A stretch of 31,575 nucleotides of DNA from Bacteroidota bacterium (GTDB lineage Bacteria; Bacteroidota; Bacteroidia; Flavobacteriales_D; Crocinitomicaceae): assembly GCA_041169645.1 (NCBI GenBank), contig JBEEIV010000003.1:1-31575 (forward strand), given 5' to 3'. The position numbers and the translations under genes are program-made. Every line of letters begins with the position of its first letter. Position 1 is the first letter of the stretch. The notes beneath the pieces are model-generated. The model was not told where the DNA came from, ran no database searches, and saw only the letters and a list, made by a program, of their open reading frames with translations. Positions 7,900 to 17,351 of this stretch are shown here, piece by piece.

Positions 7900-10800
7900 A
7901 TGGATCAAACGCACCTCCTGAAATCCATTGCCAAGCTTGGGCAAATCGATCAAACGGCTTCTTACTTAAGTCAGGGGAACGTGCGTGTCCATTGGAAGGG
8001 ACTCGTTGGATCAGCTAAATCATTGACATCTATCTGTGTAGCTCAACAAGTTCCAGGAAATCACCTGTTCATTTTAAACGATAAGGAAGAAGCTGCTTAT
8101 TTTCTAAATGACCTAGAAGGATTGTTTCCGGAGGATAAAAGGGTCTTGTTTTTTCCTGCATCCTATCGCGTACCCTATCAATTGGAAGAAACGGATAACG
8201 CCAATGTTGTCACAAGAGCAGAGGTTCTTGAACGCATTTCTGGTGGTGCGAATGCTTGGGTAGTCACCTATCCAGAAGCGCTTTTTGAAAAAGTTCCAAC
8301 GCAAAAGAACTTGATCAAAAACACCTTGAGAATTGAACATGGTAAAAATTATAGCATTGATTTCATCAATGAATTGCTTTTAGAATATCACTTTGAACGG
8401 GTCGATTTTGTATATGAACCGGGACAGTTTTCCATTCGAGGAGGAATCGTCGATGTCTTTTCCTATGCCAATGATTTTCCCTTTCGGATTGAATTTTTTG
8501 GCGAGGAAGTCGAATCCATCCGAACCTTTGATGCCGCAACTCAGCTTTCGATCGGTACGCATGCTTTTTTTAATGTGATTCCCAATATTCAAGGTCAAAT
8601 GACCATTGAAGCACAAGAAGATATATTTACGTTTCTTGGACCTGAATTGTGCTGTTGGATAAGCTCCTTCGAGCGCATGGAAAGCATCCTCAAAAAAGAA
8701 TACGATCGTTCTGTGGAAATATATACTGGTCTTAGTGAAACAGTACGACACACTTTACCCAGTTCCCTGTACCTCTCATCCGTTGAACTTCAAAATAGTT
8801 TGGAGCGGGCAAAAGTCATTGAATGGGGACCTGTTTACCATTATTCGAGCAAACAGGTATTTACCTTTGATTTCATACCCCAACCGAATTTTAATAAAAA
8901 CTTTGATCTGCTAAAGGCCGACTTACTTGCGCGTCAAGAAAATCGTTTTGAGAATTTGATTTTTTCCAATCAACCAAGACAAATTGAGCGTTTGTATCAA
9001 ATTTTTGAGGACATTGGTGCTGCAGTCAATTTCACAGCAATGAATTTTTCCTTACACGAAGGATTTATTTCTCCGGAGTTGAAACTCGTGTGTTATACGG
9101 ACCATCAGATTTTTGAAAGGTACCATCGCTTTCGTTTAAAAGAAGGATTCCGTCAGGCCAAGCAAGCTTTGACACTCAAGGAGATCTATAACCTTCAAAA
9201 GGGAGATTATGTAACACACATAGATCACGGTGTTGGGCAATTTTCTGGCTTGGAAACCATTGACGTAAATGGAAAACCACAAGAAGCCATTCGCCTTGTC
9301 TATAAAGATGGGGATGTTCTTTACGTAGGAATTCACTCTTTACACCGCATTTCAAAGTTTACAGGAAAGGATGGATCCATTCCTAAAATGAATAAATTAG
9401 GAACCCAGGCTTGGGCGACCTTAAAGAATAAAACAAAGAAAAAAATCAAGGAATTGGCCTTTGATTTGATTCAACTTTATGCGAAACGAAGAAGCCAACC
9501 GGGTTTCACATTTTCACCGGATAGTTATTTGCAAAACGAACTAGAGGCTTCCTTTATGTTCGAAGATACACCAGACCAATTCAAAGCAACTCAAGACATA
9601 AAGCGCGATATGGAAGCATCTACGCCAATGGATCGCTTGGTATGTGGTGATGTGGGTTTTGGAAAAACAGAGGTTGCTATTCGGGCAGCGTTTAAAGCGG
9701 TAAGTGACTCAAAACAAGTGGCAGTACTTGTACCAACGACCATTTTATCCTTGCAACACTACCGTAGTTTTAAAGAAAGACTTTCTGCCTTTCCTTGCAC
9801 GGTTGATTACATCAATCGTTTTAAATCAGCGAAGGAAATTACGGAAACACTCAAAAAACTGGCCGAAGGGAAAATTGATATATTAATCGGTACGCATGCT
9901 GTGGTAGCGGACAGAGTAAAATTCAAAGATTTGGGATTAATGATTATTGATGAGGAACAAAAGTTTGGAGTTTCTGTCAAGGATAAATTAAAGACCATAC
10001 GCACCACTGTAGACACGCTTACACTCACCGCAACACCGATTCCTAGAACCTTGCAATTCTCGTTGATGGGTGCACGTGATTTGAGTATTATCAATACACC
10101 ACCGCCAAATCGTCAGCCCGTGCTCACGGAAATCATTTCATTTCAAGAAGAAGCGATTCGCGATGCGATAGCTTATGAGGTATCTCGCGGTGGACAAGTA
10201 TTTTTTGTCAATAATCGACTTTCGAATATTCGAGAAATTGCGGGTATGATCAGTCGCTTGTGTCCAGGAGTTCGCGTGGGTATTGGTCACGGACAAATGG
10301 ATGGAAAGCAATTAGAAAAAATCATGATGGATTTCATCAATGGTGTATATGATGTGCTTTTGGCAACAACGATCATTGAGTCCGGAATTGATATCTCCAA
10401 TGCAAATACCATCATCATCAATGATGCACACAAATTTGGCTTAAGTGATTTACATCAATTAAGGGGACGAGTAGGTCGCTCTAATAAAAAAGGGTTTTGC
10501 TATTTGGTAGCACCCAAGTACAGTGTGCTTACGAGCGAGGCACGCAAAAGATTGGAAGCCTTGGTTCAATTTTCAGATTTGGGATCTGGTTTTAACATCG
10601 CGATGAAGGATTTGGATATTCGTGGTGCAGGAAACATGTTGGGTGGAGAACAGAGTGGCTTCATCTCCGAAATAGGATTCGAGATGTATCAAAAAATCTT
10701 GAATGAAGCCATGCAAGAATTGAAAGAAAGTGAGCTTAAGGAACTATTTGATGAACGTCATACAGATCAATTCATGTCTTCTTATGTCCAAGATTGCATT

Positions 10801-11247
10801 TTTGAAACGGATATGGAAGTGCGCATACCTGACGATTATGTCAATAACGTGGCGGAACGTTTAAGTTTATACCAAGCACTAGATCATTTAAAAAACAAAG
10901 GGGAATTAACACAATTCTCTCAGGAATTAACAGACCGTTTTGGACCATTGCCTAGGGAAGTGAAAGAACTATTATTCTCCTTCGAGCTTCGGTGGTTAGC
11001 GGAGGAGTTGGGATTAGAAAGGTTGGTGATCAAGTCCGAGAAATTGGTGGGTTACTTTATTGCAAATCCCCAATCTCCCTTCTTTGAAACGGAAGCATTT
11101 ACCTATACCTTGAACGCCATAATGAAACATCAATCAGGATTTCGACTGGTCCAACAAAACGACAAATTACGTCTCGTTGTAGAGCCCATTCGCCACATCA
11201 AAGATGCTTTTGAAAAATTAAGCTTACTCAAAGCACCTTTGGATTAG
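7900..11247 (+). CDS. mfd: Transcription-repair coupling factor Mfd
   Basis: UvrB-like N-terminus (FSIRGGIVDVF), CarD/RID domain (GDYVTHIDHGVG), helicase motifs GDVGFGKT, DEEQKFG, TATPIPRT and QLRGRVGR, and a TRCF C-terminus. Start set at the ATG at 7900; the upstream TTG extension is probably spurious. Confidence 0.97.
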   Translation: MDQTHLLKSIAKLGQIDQTASYLSQGNVRVHWKGLVGSAKSLTSICVAQQVPGNHLFILNDKEEAAYFLNDLEGLFPEDKRVLFFPASYRVPYQLEETDNANVVTRAEVLERISGGANAWVVTYPEALFEKVPTQKNLIKNTLRIEHGKNYSIDFINELLLEYHFERVDFVYEPGQFSIRGGIVDVFSYANDFPFRIEFFGEEVESIRTFDAATQLSIGTHAFFNVIPNIQGQMTIEAQEDIFTFLGPELCCWISSFERMESILKKEYDRSVEIYTGLSETVRHTLPSSLYLSSVELQNSLERAKVIEWGPVYHYSSKQVFTFDFIPQPNFNKNFDLLKADLLARQENRFENLIFSNQPRQIERLYQIFEDIGAAVNFTAMNFSLHEGFISPELKLVCYTDHQIFERYHRFRLKEGFRQAKQALTLKEIYNLQKGDYVTHIDHGVGQFSGLETIDVNGKPQEAIRLVYKDGDVLYVGIHSLHRISKFTGKDGSIPKMNKLGTQAWATLKNKTKKKIKELAFDLIQLYAKRRSQPGFTFSPDSYLQNELEASFMFEDTPDQFKATQDIKRDMEASTPMDRLVCGDVGFGKTEVAIRAAFKAVSDSKQVAVLVPTTILSLQHYRSFKERLSAFPCTVDYINRFKSAKEITETLKKLAEGKIDILIGTHAVVADRVKFKDLGLMIIDEEQKFGVSVKDKLKTIRTTVDTLTLTATPIPRTLQFSLMGARDLSIINTPPPNRQPVLTEIISFQEEAIRDAIAYEVSRGGQVFFVNNRLSNIREIAGMISRLCPGVRVGIGHGQMDGKQLEKIMMDFINGVYDVLLATTIIESGIDISNANTIIINDAHKFGLSDLHQLRGRVGRSNKKGFCYLVAPKYSVLTSEARKRLEALVQFSDLGSGFNIAMKDLDIRGAGNMLGGEQSGFISEIGFEMYQKILNEAMQELKESELKELFDERHTDQFMSSYVQDCIFETDMEVRIPDDYVNNVAERLSLYQALDHLKNKGELTQFSQELTDRFGPLPREVKELLFSFELRWLAEELGLERLVIKSEKLVGYFIANPQSPFFETEAFTYTLNAIMKHQSGFRLVQQNDKLRLVVEPIRHIKDAFEKLSLLKAPLD

Positions 11248-11305
11248 TTCCAACAAAAAACAACAATCATTAACCTACATCAAGTGTAATTCCTTAAAAT
11301 CGTGT

Positions 11306-11313
11306 GAACTTTG
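11306..11313 (+). promoter_or_regulatory. -7 element variant (GAACTTTG) for the yceI operon
   Basis: One mismatch to TAnnTTTG, followed by C as in other promoters here; 37 nt before the ATG at 11351. Confidence 0.4.
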
Positions 11314-11350
11314 CACGGAATTTATTGTTTAACCAAAAAATAAAAATAGT

Positions 11351-11920
11351 ATGAAAAAAGTAGTTTTATCTGTATTTGCAGCATTTGCATTATTCTCATT
11401 CACAATATTGGAATTGGCAGATTGGTCAATGGACGGTGCTCATTCCCGTTTAGGATTTACCATTCAACATATGGGAATCACTGATATTCATGGTCAATTC
11501 TCAAACTTTGATGTTAAAATGAGCACGCCTAATGCAGATTTTGAATCAGCAACAATTGAAATGACGGCCCAAGCTAATTCCATCAATACCGGAATCGATA
11601 TGCGCGACAACCATTTGAAAACAGCAGATTTTTTCGATGCGGAGAAATTCCCAACCTTAACATTTAAAAGTACGTCTGTCAAAAAGGCGAAAGGAAACAA
11701 ATATGTCATTACAGGTGATTTCACGATGCACGGTGTAACGAAATCAGTAACCTTACAAGCGGTAAACACAGGTGTGGTAAAGAATCAAGCTGGAAATGAT
11801 GTTGCAGGATTTAGAATTACTGGTGTAGTAAAACGCACAGATTTCGGTGTTGGACAATCAGGAAAAGGATTGGCTGATGAGGTAAATTTAATTGCAGATT
11901 TAGAAGTATCTAAAAACTAA
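11351..11920 (+). CDS. YceI family lipid/polyisoprenoid-binding protein (copy 1)
   Basis: Signal peptide, HSRLGFTIQHMG, SINTGIDMRDNHLKTADFFD, GDFTMHGVTK and KRTDFG. Confidence 0.93.
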   Translation: MKKVVLSVFAAFALFSFTILELADWSMDGAHSRLGFTIQHMGITDIHGQFSNFDVKMSTPNADFESATIEMTAQANSINTGIDMRDNHLKTADFFDAEKFPTLTFKSTSVKKAKGNKYVITGDFTMHGVTKSVTLQAVNTGVVKNQAGNDVAGFRITGVVKRTDFGVGQSGKGLADEVNLIADLEVSKN

Positions 11921-12459
11921 TGCTCAAAAACGATTTTCGGATGAAATCAATTAGTTTATTATTCATTTGTTTCCTTGCTTTTGCCACTCAAGCCCAAGCA
12001 TGGAAAATTTTGGAAACGCATAAAGTTGCCTTTTCAAATAAGGATGTAAGTGGAACATTTAACCAAATGAGCGGTACGATCATCTTTGATCCAGCAAATT
12101 TGAGCAATTCGAAGTTCTCGTTTAAATTAAAGGTTTCTTCGATTAATACGGGTAATGGAGTACAGAATAAACATGCCACCGGTTCAGAATGGTTTCATGC
12201 AGATAAATATCCATATATTGAGTTTGAATCAAGCAAAATTGAAAAAACGGATGCGGGATATAAAGCAATAGGAAAATTGGAGATGCATGGCATCAAAAAG
12301 GATGTGACGATTCCATTTACTTTTACTAAAAAAGGCACAAAAGGCACTTTTATTGCTAAATTTAACGTGAATCGATCAGATTATAACATTGGCAAAAAAG
12401 GCAATGAGGTCGCTGACAACATTAAAATTACTGCCACGTTACCTGTTCAAAAAAAATAA
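11920..12459 (+). CDS. YceI family protein (copy 2)
   Basis: SINTGNGVQNKH...EWFHADKYPYIEF, GKLEMHGIKK and NRSDYNIG. The ATG at 11920 overlaps the upstream stop (TAATG); the ATG at 11941 is an alternative start. Confidence 0.9.
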   Translation: MLKNDFRMKSISLLFICFLAFATQAQAWKILETHKVAFSNKDVSGTFNQMSGTIIFDPANLSNSKFSFKLKVSSINTGNGVQNKHATGSEWFHADKYPYIEFESSKIEKTDAGYKAIGKLEMHGIKKDVTIPFTFTKKGTKGTFIAKFNVNRSDYNIGKKGNEVADNIKITATLPVQKK

Positions 12460-12462
12460 AAT

Positions 12463-12861
12463 ATGAAAAAAAGAATTTTATTAGCCGTTAGTTCTGGTTT
12501 ACTTGCCGGACTAGTATCATTTGCCTGGAGTGCGATTTTTCAAAGTGATAAAATCACAGGTGAAGACTATTCATCAGTGGTCCCAATACCAGCGCTTTTT
12601 ATTTCGTGTCTTATTGGAACAATTTTAGCCACATTAGGCCATTGGTTGGTGCTAAAAGTTCTTTCTAAGAAAATAGGAGAGTTTGTTTTTGGATTTTTAT
12701 TCAGCACCTTATCCATTGCTTCATTGTTAGGAGTCTTATTGTTTCAATTTGGAGACAAATGCCAAGAGTGTGACCAAATAGCATTCTGGGGATATGCGAT
12801 GCCAATGCACTTTTTTCCATTTTTAGCGTGGTATACCATGAAACCTTTAATGGAAGATTAA
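12463..12861 (+). CDS. Hypothetical 4-TM membrane protein with CQEC and MPMHFFP motifs
   Basis: 132 aa with four hydrophobic segments; starts 3 nt after the yceI-2 stop and is followed by a terminator. Confidence 0.85.
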   Translation: MKKRILLAVSSGLLAGLVSFAWSAIFQSDKITGEDYSSVVPIPALFISCLIGTILATLGHWLVLKVLSKKIGEFVFGFLFSTLSIASLLGVLLFQFGDKCQECDQIAFWGYAMPMHFFPFLAWYTMKPLMED

Positions 12862-12883
12862 TTAAATAATGTTTGAAAATGTT

Positions 12884-12913
12884 AAAAAGGATGCTTAGGC
12901 ATCCTTTTTTTTT
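12884..12913 (+). terminator. Intrinsic terminator closing the yceI operon
   Basis: AAAAAGGATGC-TTAG-GCATCCTTTTT perfect stem with a 9-T run (12905-12913). Confidence 0.9.
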
Positions 12914-12951
12914 GAAAAAAACACATTTTTTAACAACGATTTTCGTGATCT

Positions 12952-12959
12952 TACGTTTA
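12952..12959 (+). promoter_or_regulatory. -7 element variant (TACGTTTA)
   Basis: One mismatch to the consensus; lies between the terminator and the ATG at 12977. Confidence 0.35.
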
Positions 12960-12976
12960 GTATATAGTAGTTCTAT

Positions 12977-15361
12977 ATGAGGGGTAAATTAAAATTGATT
13001 TTGCTTGCTTTTGCGATGCATTCATTGGCCTTTGGCCAGTTGATCACAAATACTAGTTTATCTCCTCAAGGATTAGTTCAAAATGTGCTTTTGGGATCTG
13101 GAGTGACGGTTTCTAATGTGACGTATAATGGTAGTCCAGGGGCAATTGGTCAATTTACCGCAAATAATACGACTCTGGGAATAACCCAAGGTATTGTGAT
13201 GACCACAGGAACGGTTCAAGCAACCAATAGTGGTCCGCAGGGGCCAAATGACGAGACCAATTCAGGCATGGACAATAATGCTCCAGGCTCACCTCTTTTG
13301 AGTAATCAATTACTCGGTGGAACACAAACATACAACGCAGCAACATTAGAGTTTGATTTTATTCCATACGCAGATACTGTCCGTTTCAAGTATGTTTTTG
13401 GATCGGATGAATACCCTGAATTCGCACCACCTAATAATTCGGGATACAATGACGTATTTGGATTTTTTATTTCGGGACCGGGAATTGTGGGAATGCAAAA
13501 TATTGCACAACTACCCAATGGTGGTGGCATCGTTTCGATCAATAATGTGAATACAATCACCAATCAACAATATTTCCATTTTAATGGAGATGGAAATACA
13601 GCGCCCTATAACGCGAATCCGCAATACATTCAGTACGATGGTTTTACGCATGTATTGGAGGCTGTGTCAAAGGTTCAATGCGGACAAACGTATCATTTGA
13701 TCATAGCCATTGCCGACGCTGGAGATGGCGCATGGGATTCTGGTATGTTTTTGGAAGCAAATAGCTTGTCAACCAAGACTCCGATCGAAATTGACTATAC
13801 ACTTTCTCAGCAAGTTTATACCAATCCCGATTGGTTAGCAGAAGGATGTGTTAGTGCAGATGTAACGCTGACAAGACAAAACAATTTGAATTCCTCTTTG
13901 ACCATCCCTGTTCAAATAAGTGGAACGGCAACCAATGGGTTAGATTTTTCTGGAATACCTGGAAATATTACGTTTAACGCTGGCCAATCTATGGCAACGT
14001 TTACGATGAATGCCTTATTCGATAATTTAACGGAAGGACTTGAAAACGTGGTACTAACCTTTCCAATCAGTGACCCATGTGGAAACATTACCCCGCTCGT
14101 TGTCACGCTATATATTCAAGATGTCGCGCCAGTAAATGTTTCCATCAATGGAGGAACTATTTCCTGTCCAGGTGATCCCATTACATTGACCACAACGGTA
14201 ACAGGTGGGGTAACACCATATCAATATTCTTGGAGTACTGGAGAAACAAGCAGCTCTATTAATTTCACACCAATTTCCACTCAAACCATTTCAGTGCAAG
14301 TGAGCGATGCGTGTGCAAGTACACCATCGACCGCTTCTATCCAGGTAAATGTGCCACAATATCAACCAATTAGTTTATTGGTGAGTAACGATGTTACGGA
14401 AATATGCCCTTACCTTCCGCAGGATTTTGGAGTCGTTGCAAGTGGTGGGACAGGGGCATACACGTACACATGGGTGGCGAATAATTCCATCGTTGGATTG
14501 GGTGATAGCATTTCGGTGTCTCCAATGGTGACAACCAATTACATCATTACTGTATCAGATAATTGTGGAAATTCTGCCATCGATTCCATTTTGTATACCA
14601 TTACAAGTCCTCCATTAACACTTCAGTTGAATGGACCTATTCAAATTTGTCCGGGTGATAGTGCGTTCATACAAGTGACAGCAACAGGCGGTTTTGGGAA
14701 TTACTACTATTTATGGACACAAACCAATCAAACAGCTCCGGGAATTTGGGTGCATCCAAGTGCTACAACGTCTTTTGTCGTGCAAGTTTCAGATGAATGT
14801 CAAACATTCTTTGTAACGGGCGTAGCCCTCGTTCAGGTGGTGAAGCCTACTGCAGATTTTTGGATTATGACCGAATATCCAACCGAAGGACTGTCGACTT
14901 CATTTTTAAATCAATCGCAAAATGCATGGGCTTATGTTTGGAATTTTGGTGATGGCAGCCAAAATTCCTTCTTAGTTAACCCCAACCACGTGTACGATGA
15001 ACCTGGTGATTACCTAGTGACCTTAATTGCTGCAGATCAAAAAGGATGTGTGGATAGTGTGAGTAAATGGATTCGTATCATCCCTGAGCGCTATATTTAT
15101 TTTCCGAATTCCTTTACCCCAGATCAAGATAATTGCAACGAATTTTATTTTGGACAGTTTATTGGCATTCAGGGAGGTCAATTTTACTTATTTAATCGTT
15201 GGGGAGAACTCATTTTTGAATCGAATGATTTGAATTTTAAATGGGATGGAACCTATCAAGGAACGCCCGTCCAAATCGGCACATATTCATGGCGTTTTGT
15301 GTATGAAATCGACAAGGGAATTTTTGAAGAAATGACCGGACACGTCAATGTCATTCGTTAA
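12977..15361 (+). CDS. T9SS type-B cargo: choice-of-anchor L domain, Calx-beta-like domain, SprB-like repeats, PKD domain and gliding-motility CTD
   Basis: Choice-of-anchor L: YVFGSDEYPEF...YNDVFGFFISGPG...QYDGFT...IADAGD. Calx-beta-like: SGTATNGLDF...FDNLTEGLE. SprB-like: three GGxxxYxYxW units. PKD: WNFGDG...HVYDEPGDY. CTD: FNRWG...WDG...GHVNVIR. Confidence 0.88.
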   Translation: MRGKLKLILLAFAMHSLAFGQLITNTSLSPQGLVQNVLLGSGVTVSNVTYNGSPGAIGQFTANNTTLGITQGIVMTTGTVQATNSGPQGPNDETNSGMDNNAPGSPLLSNQLLGGTQTYNAATLEFDFIPYADTVRFKYVFGSDEYPEFAPPNNSGYNDVFGFFISGPGIVGMQNIAQLPNGGGIVSINNVNTITNQQYFHFNGDGNTAPYNANPQYIQYDGFTHVLEAVSKVQCGQTYHLIIAIADAGDGAWDSGMFLEANSLSTKTPIEIDYTLSQQVYTNPDWLAEGCVSADVTLTRQNNLNSSLTIPVQISGTATNGLDFSGIPGNITFNAGQSMATFTMNALFDNLTEGLENVVLTFPISDPCGNITPLVVTLYIQDVAPVNVSINGGTISCPGDPITLTTTVTGGVTPYQYSWSTGETSSSINFTPISTQTISVQVSDACASTPSTASIQVNVPQYQPISLLVSNDVTEICPYLPQDFGVVASGGTGAYTYTWVANNSIVGLGDSISVSPMVTTNYIITVSDNCGNSAIDSILYTITSPPLTLQLNGPIQICPGDSAFIQVTATGGFGNYYYLWTQTNQTAPGIWVHPSATTSFVVQVSDECQTFFVTGVALVQVVKPTADFWIMTEYPTEGLSTSFLNQSQNAWAYVWNFGDGSQNSFLVNPNHVYDEPGDYLVTLIAADQKGCVDSVSKWIRIIPERYIYFPNSFTPDQDNCNEFYFGQFIGIQGGQFYLFNRWGELIFESNDLNFKWDGTYQGTPVQIGTYSWRFVYEIDKGIFEEMTGHVNVIR

Positions 15362-17340
15362 AGCGAATTTAACACGGCTTCCGAAACAGGATAATTCAAG
15401 GATTTAGCTTTTAAAATGTATTTTTTCGCTTGCTCTTTGTTTCCCATTTGCTGATGTGCTACTCCTGTATTGTACCAAACAAAAGGATCATTTGGATTAA
15501 GTTCAATCGCTTTTTCTAGCACCAACAATCCTTCTTTGTACTTCCCTAGATTCACATAGGCAGTTCCCTTGTAAAAATAGGATTCCCAGCGATTTGGAGC
15601 TAGTTTTTGAAGCCGATCACTCGTAGTTATACACTGTTGATACATCTTTCCGTTTAAACTGGCAGCACTTAAGTTGATTAACGCACCAAGATCGTTTTGA
15701 TTGATTGCCAATGCCGCATTAAAGTCTTTACAAGCTTCCGGGTATTTCAGCATTTTGGCATACGTAATGCCTCTATTCAAAAACACATCAAAAGATTTCG
15801 GATTGCGCTCCAATGCCAAATTATACATGAAAAGCGATGAATCGTATTGGTTCATCAGTGCATACATGTTCCCAACGTTGGAATAAATCAATGGATCTTT
15901 CACTCGCGCACGAACCAGTACGGAATAATCCTTCATTGCCGCTGCAGAATCACCATGCTCACGGTAATAGTTTCCCCTGTTTTTATAGGCAACTTCAGCT
16001 CCTGTTTGAAGTACAACCGTTTTGTCTCCTTTCGTTTGAAGAATAAACGGATGTTTTTCAATCACATCTGACCAAAGCGTTCCAGAATTCGTCCAGACTT
16101 TGGTGCGTTCGTGTGCAAGAAACATAAAAACACATGAGTAGGTGAATACGAATCCAAAAATCCAAGGTTTAAATCGGCTGTAAAAAGACGATTTTTCAAG
16201 GATAAACAATAGCATGAATGCGATTCCAATGTACGGAATGTAACTATACCGATCAGCTGTTATGGCTGCACCAACACTGATGAACTGTAAAACTAATGCA
16301 ATCATAAGTGAGAAAAATCCAATTCCAAAGAGTGCGATTTTAAACGTTTCAATGTTCTTTTTCCAGGAAATAAATAAAGTAGTTGCAAAAACGAAAAGCA
16401 AGATAAATGGCGCAAAGGTAAATTCCCAAGATAACTGATCGAGTTTATCCAAATTAGGGTAGGGGTAGAAAGCTGATAAGCCAGTAGGAACAAAGAATTT
16501 CCACCAATAGGATAGGAAACCGTAAGATGCAAACATCAAACGCTGCCAACTTGTGAAAAAATCAAAATCTGTTATGGCTCCTTTGGATTGGATTTCGATG
16601 GCGTTTAAACCAAACCAAACAGCAACCGCGATGAAAGGAATTTTTTCAATGAGTGATTTCCAATCGATTTTACGGCCCTTAACGTAATCGATCAAAATCA
16701 ATATGAATGGTAAGGGCACAGCCATCGCTTTACTCAAACAGGAAAGGATGAAAAGCCCAAAACAAAGCAACATCCACATGTAATTTTGTTGTCTTTGAAA
16801 ACGCAAATAGGAAAGTAAGGACAAAAGGAAGAAAAAAGTATAAAGCACATCCTTACGCTCGGAAATCCAAGCGACACTCTCCACGTGCATAGGGTGAATG
16901 GCAAAGATTAATGCACCAAAGAATGAGACAAAAATGGAGCCATTTGCCAAACTAAAAAGAAGGATAAATACGAGTATAGCATTGGCGACATGTAAGAGTA
17001 AATTGGTTTGAAAGTATGGTTGAATGTCTAGTTCCGCCGACTCATAATTTTTGGCTAGGGTCCACATGGTAATGGGATGGTAATTGAGCATCACTTCCGT
17101 GCTTGGCTTCCAAAGTAATGCCGTGCTATCCGCATCTTGGGTCTTGATGAGTGGTTGATTTACCACATAACCAAGATCGTCCCAGTTGGTAAACTCTTTC
17201 TCAGTGGAAAACCCCGGAGCATACGTGAAATAGGTCGCGAGTATAACAAATGCAACGAATAACAGATGCGTTGTCTTTCCATACCAAACGGGACGAGTAT
17301 CAGGGGCGTCTGGTGTTCCTTGCTTTACTTTATTCCCCAT
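15358..17340 (-). CDS. TMTC-like GT-C membrane protein (putative protein O-mannosyltransferase) with C-terminal TPRs
   Basis: NWDDLGYV, YHPIT, NLLLHVAN, FAIHPMHVESVAWISERKDVL, LSKAMAV and ADRYSYIP in a multi-TM domain, followed by several TPR helix pairs. Confidence 0.8.
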   Translation of the reverse strand: MGNKVKQGTPDAPDTRPVWYGKTTHLLFVAFVILATYFTYAPGFSTEKEFTNWDDLGYVVNQPLIKTQDADSTALLWKPSTEVMLNYHPITMWTLAKNYESAELDIQPYFQTNLLLHVANAILVFILLFSLANGSIFVSFFGALIFAIHPMHVESVAWISERKDVLYTFFFLLSLLSYLRFQRQQNYMWMLLCFGLFILSCLSKAMAVPLPFILILIDYVKGRKIDWKSLIEKIPFIAVAVWFGLNAIEIQSKGAITDFDFFTSWQRLMFASYGFLSYWWKFFVPTGLSAFYPYPNLDKLDQLSWEFTFAPFILLFVFATTLFISWKKNIETFKIALFGIGFFSLMIALVLQFISVGAAITADRYSYIPYIGIAFMLLFILEKSSFYSRFKPWIFGFVFTYSCVFMFLAHERTKVWTNSGTLWSDVIEKHPFILQTKGDKTVVLQTGAEVAYKNRGNYYREHGDSAAAMKDYSVLVRARVKDPLIYSNVGNMYALMNQYDSSLFMYNLALERNPKSFDVFLNRGITYAKMLKYPEACKDFNAALAINQNDLGALINLSAASLNGKMYQQCITTSDRLQKLAPNRWESYFYKGTAYVNLGKYKEGLLVLEKAIELNPNDPFVWYNTGVAHQQMGNKEQAKKYILKAKSLNYPVSEAVLNSL

Positions 17341-17351
17341 AGTTCATCTGA

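Noticed and set aside
8380-8751. 123-aa antisense ORF in mfd, and all other short nested or antisense ORFs in the track
   Set aside because: They lie fully inside well-supported genes, have no recognisable motifs, and are of a length expected for shadow ORFs.
11301-11317. CGTG-N9-CACG inverted repeat over the yceI promoter
   Set aside because: Arms are only 4 bp, which is not distinguishable from chance without conservation data.
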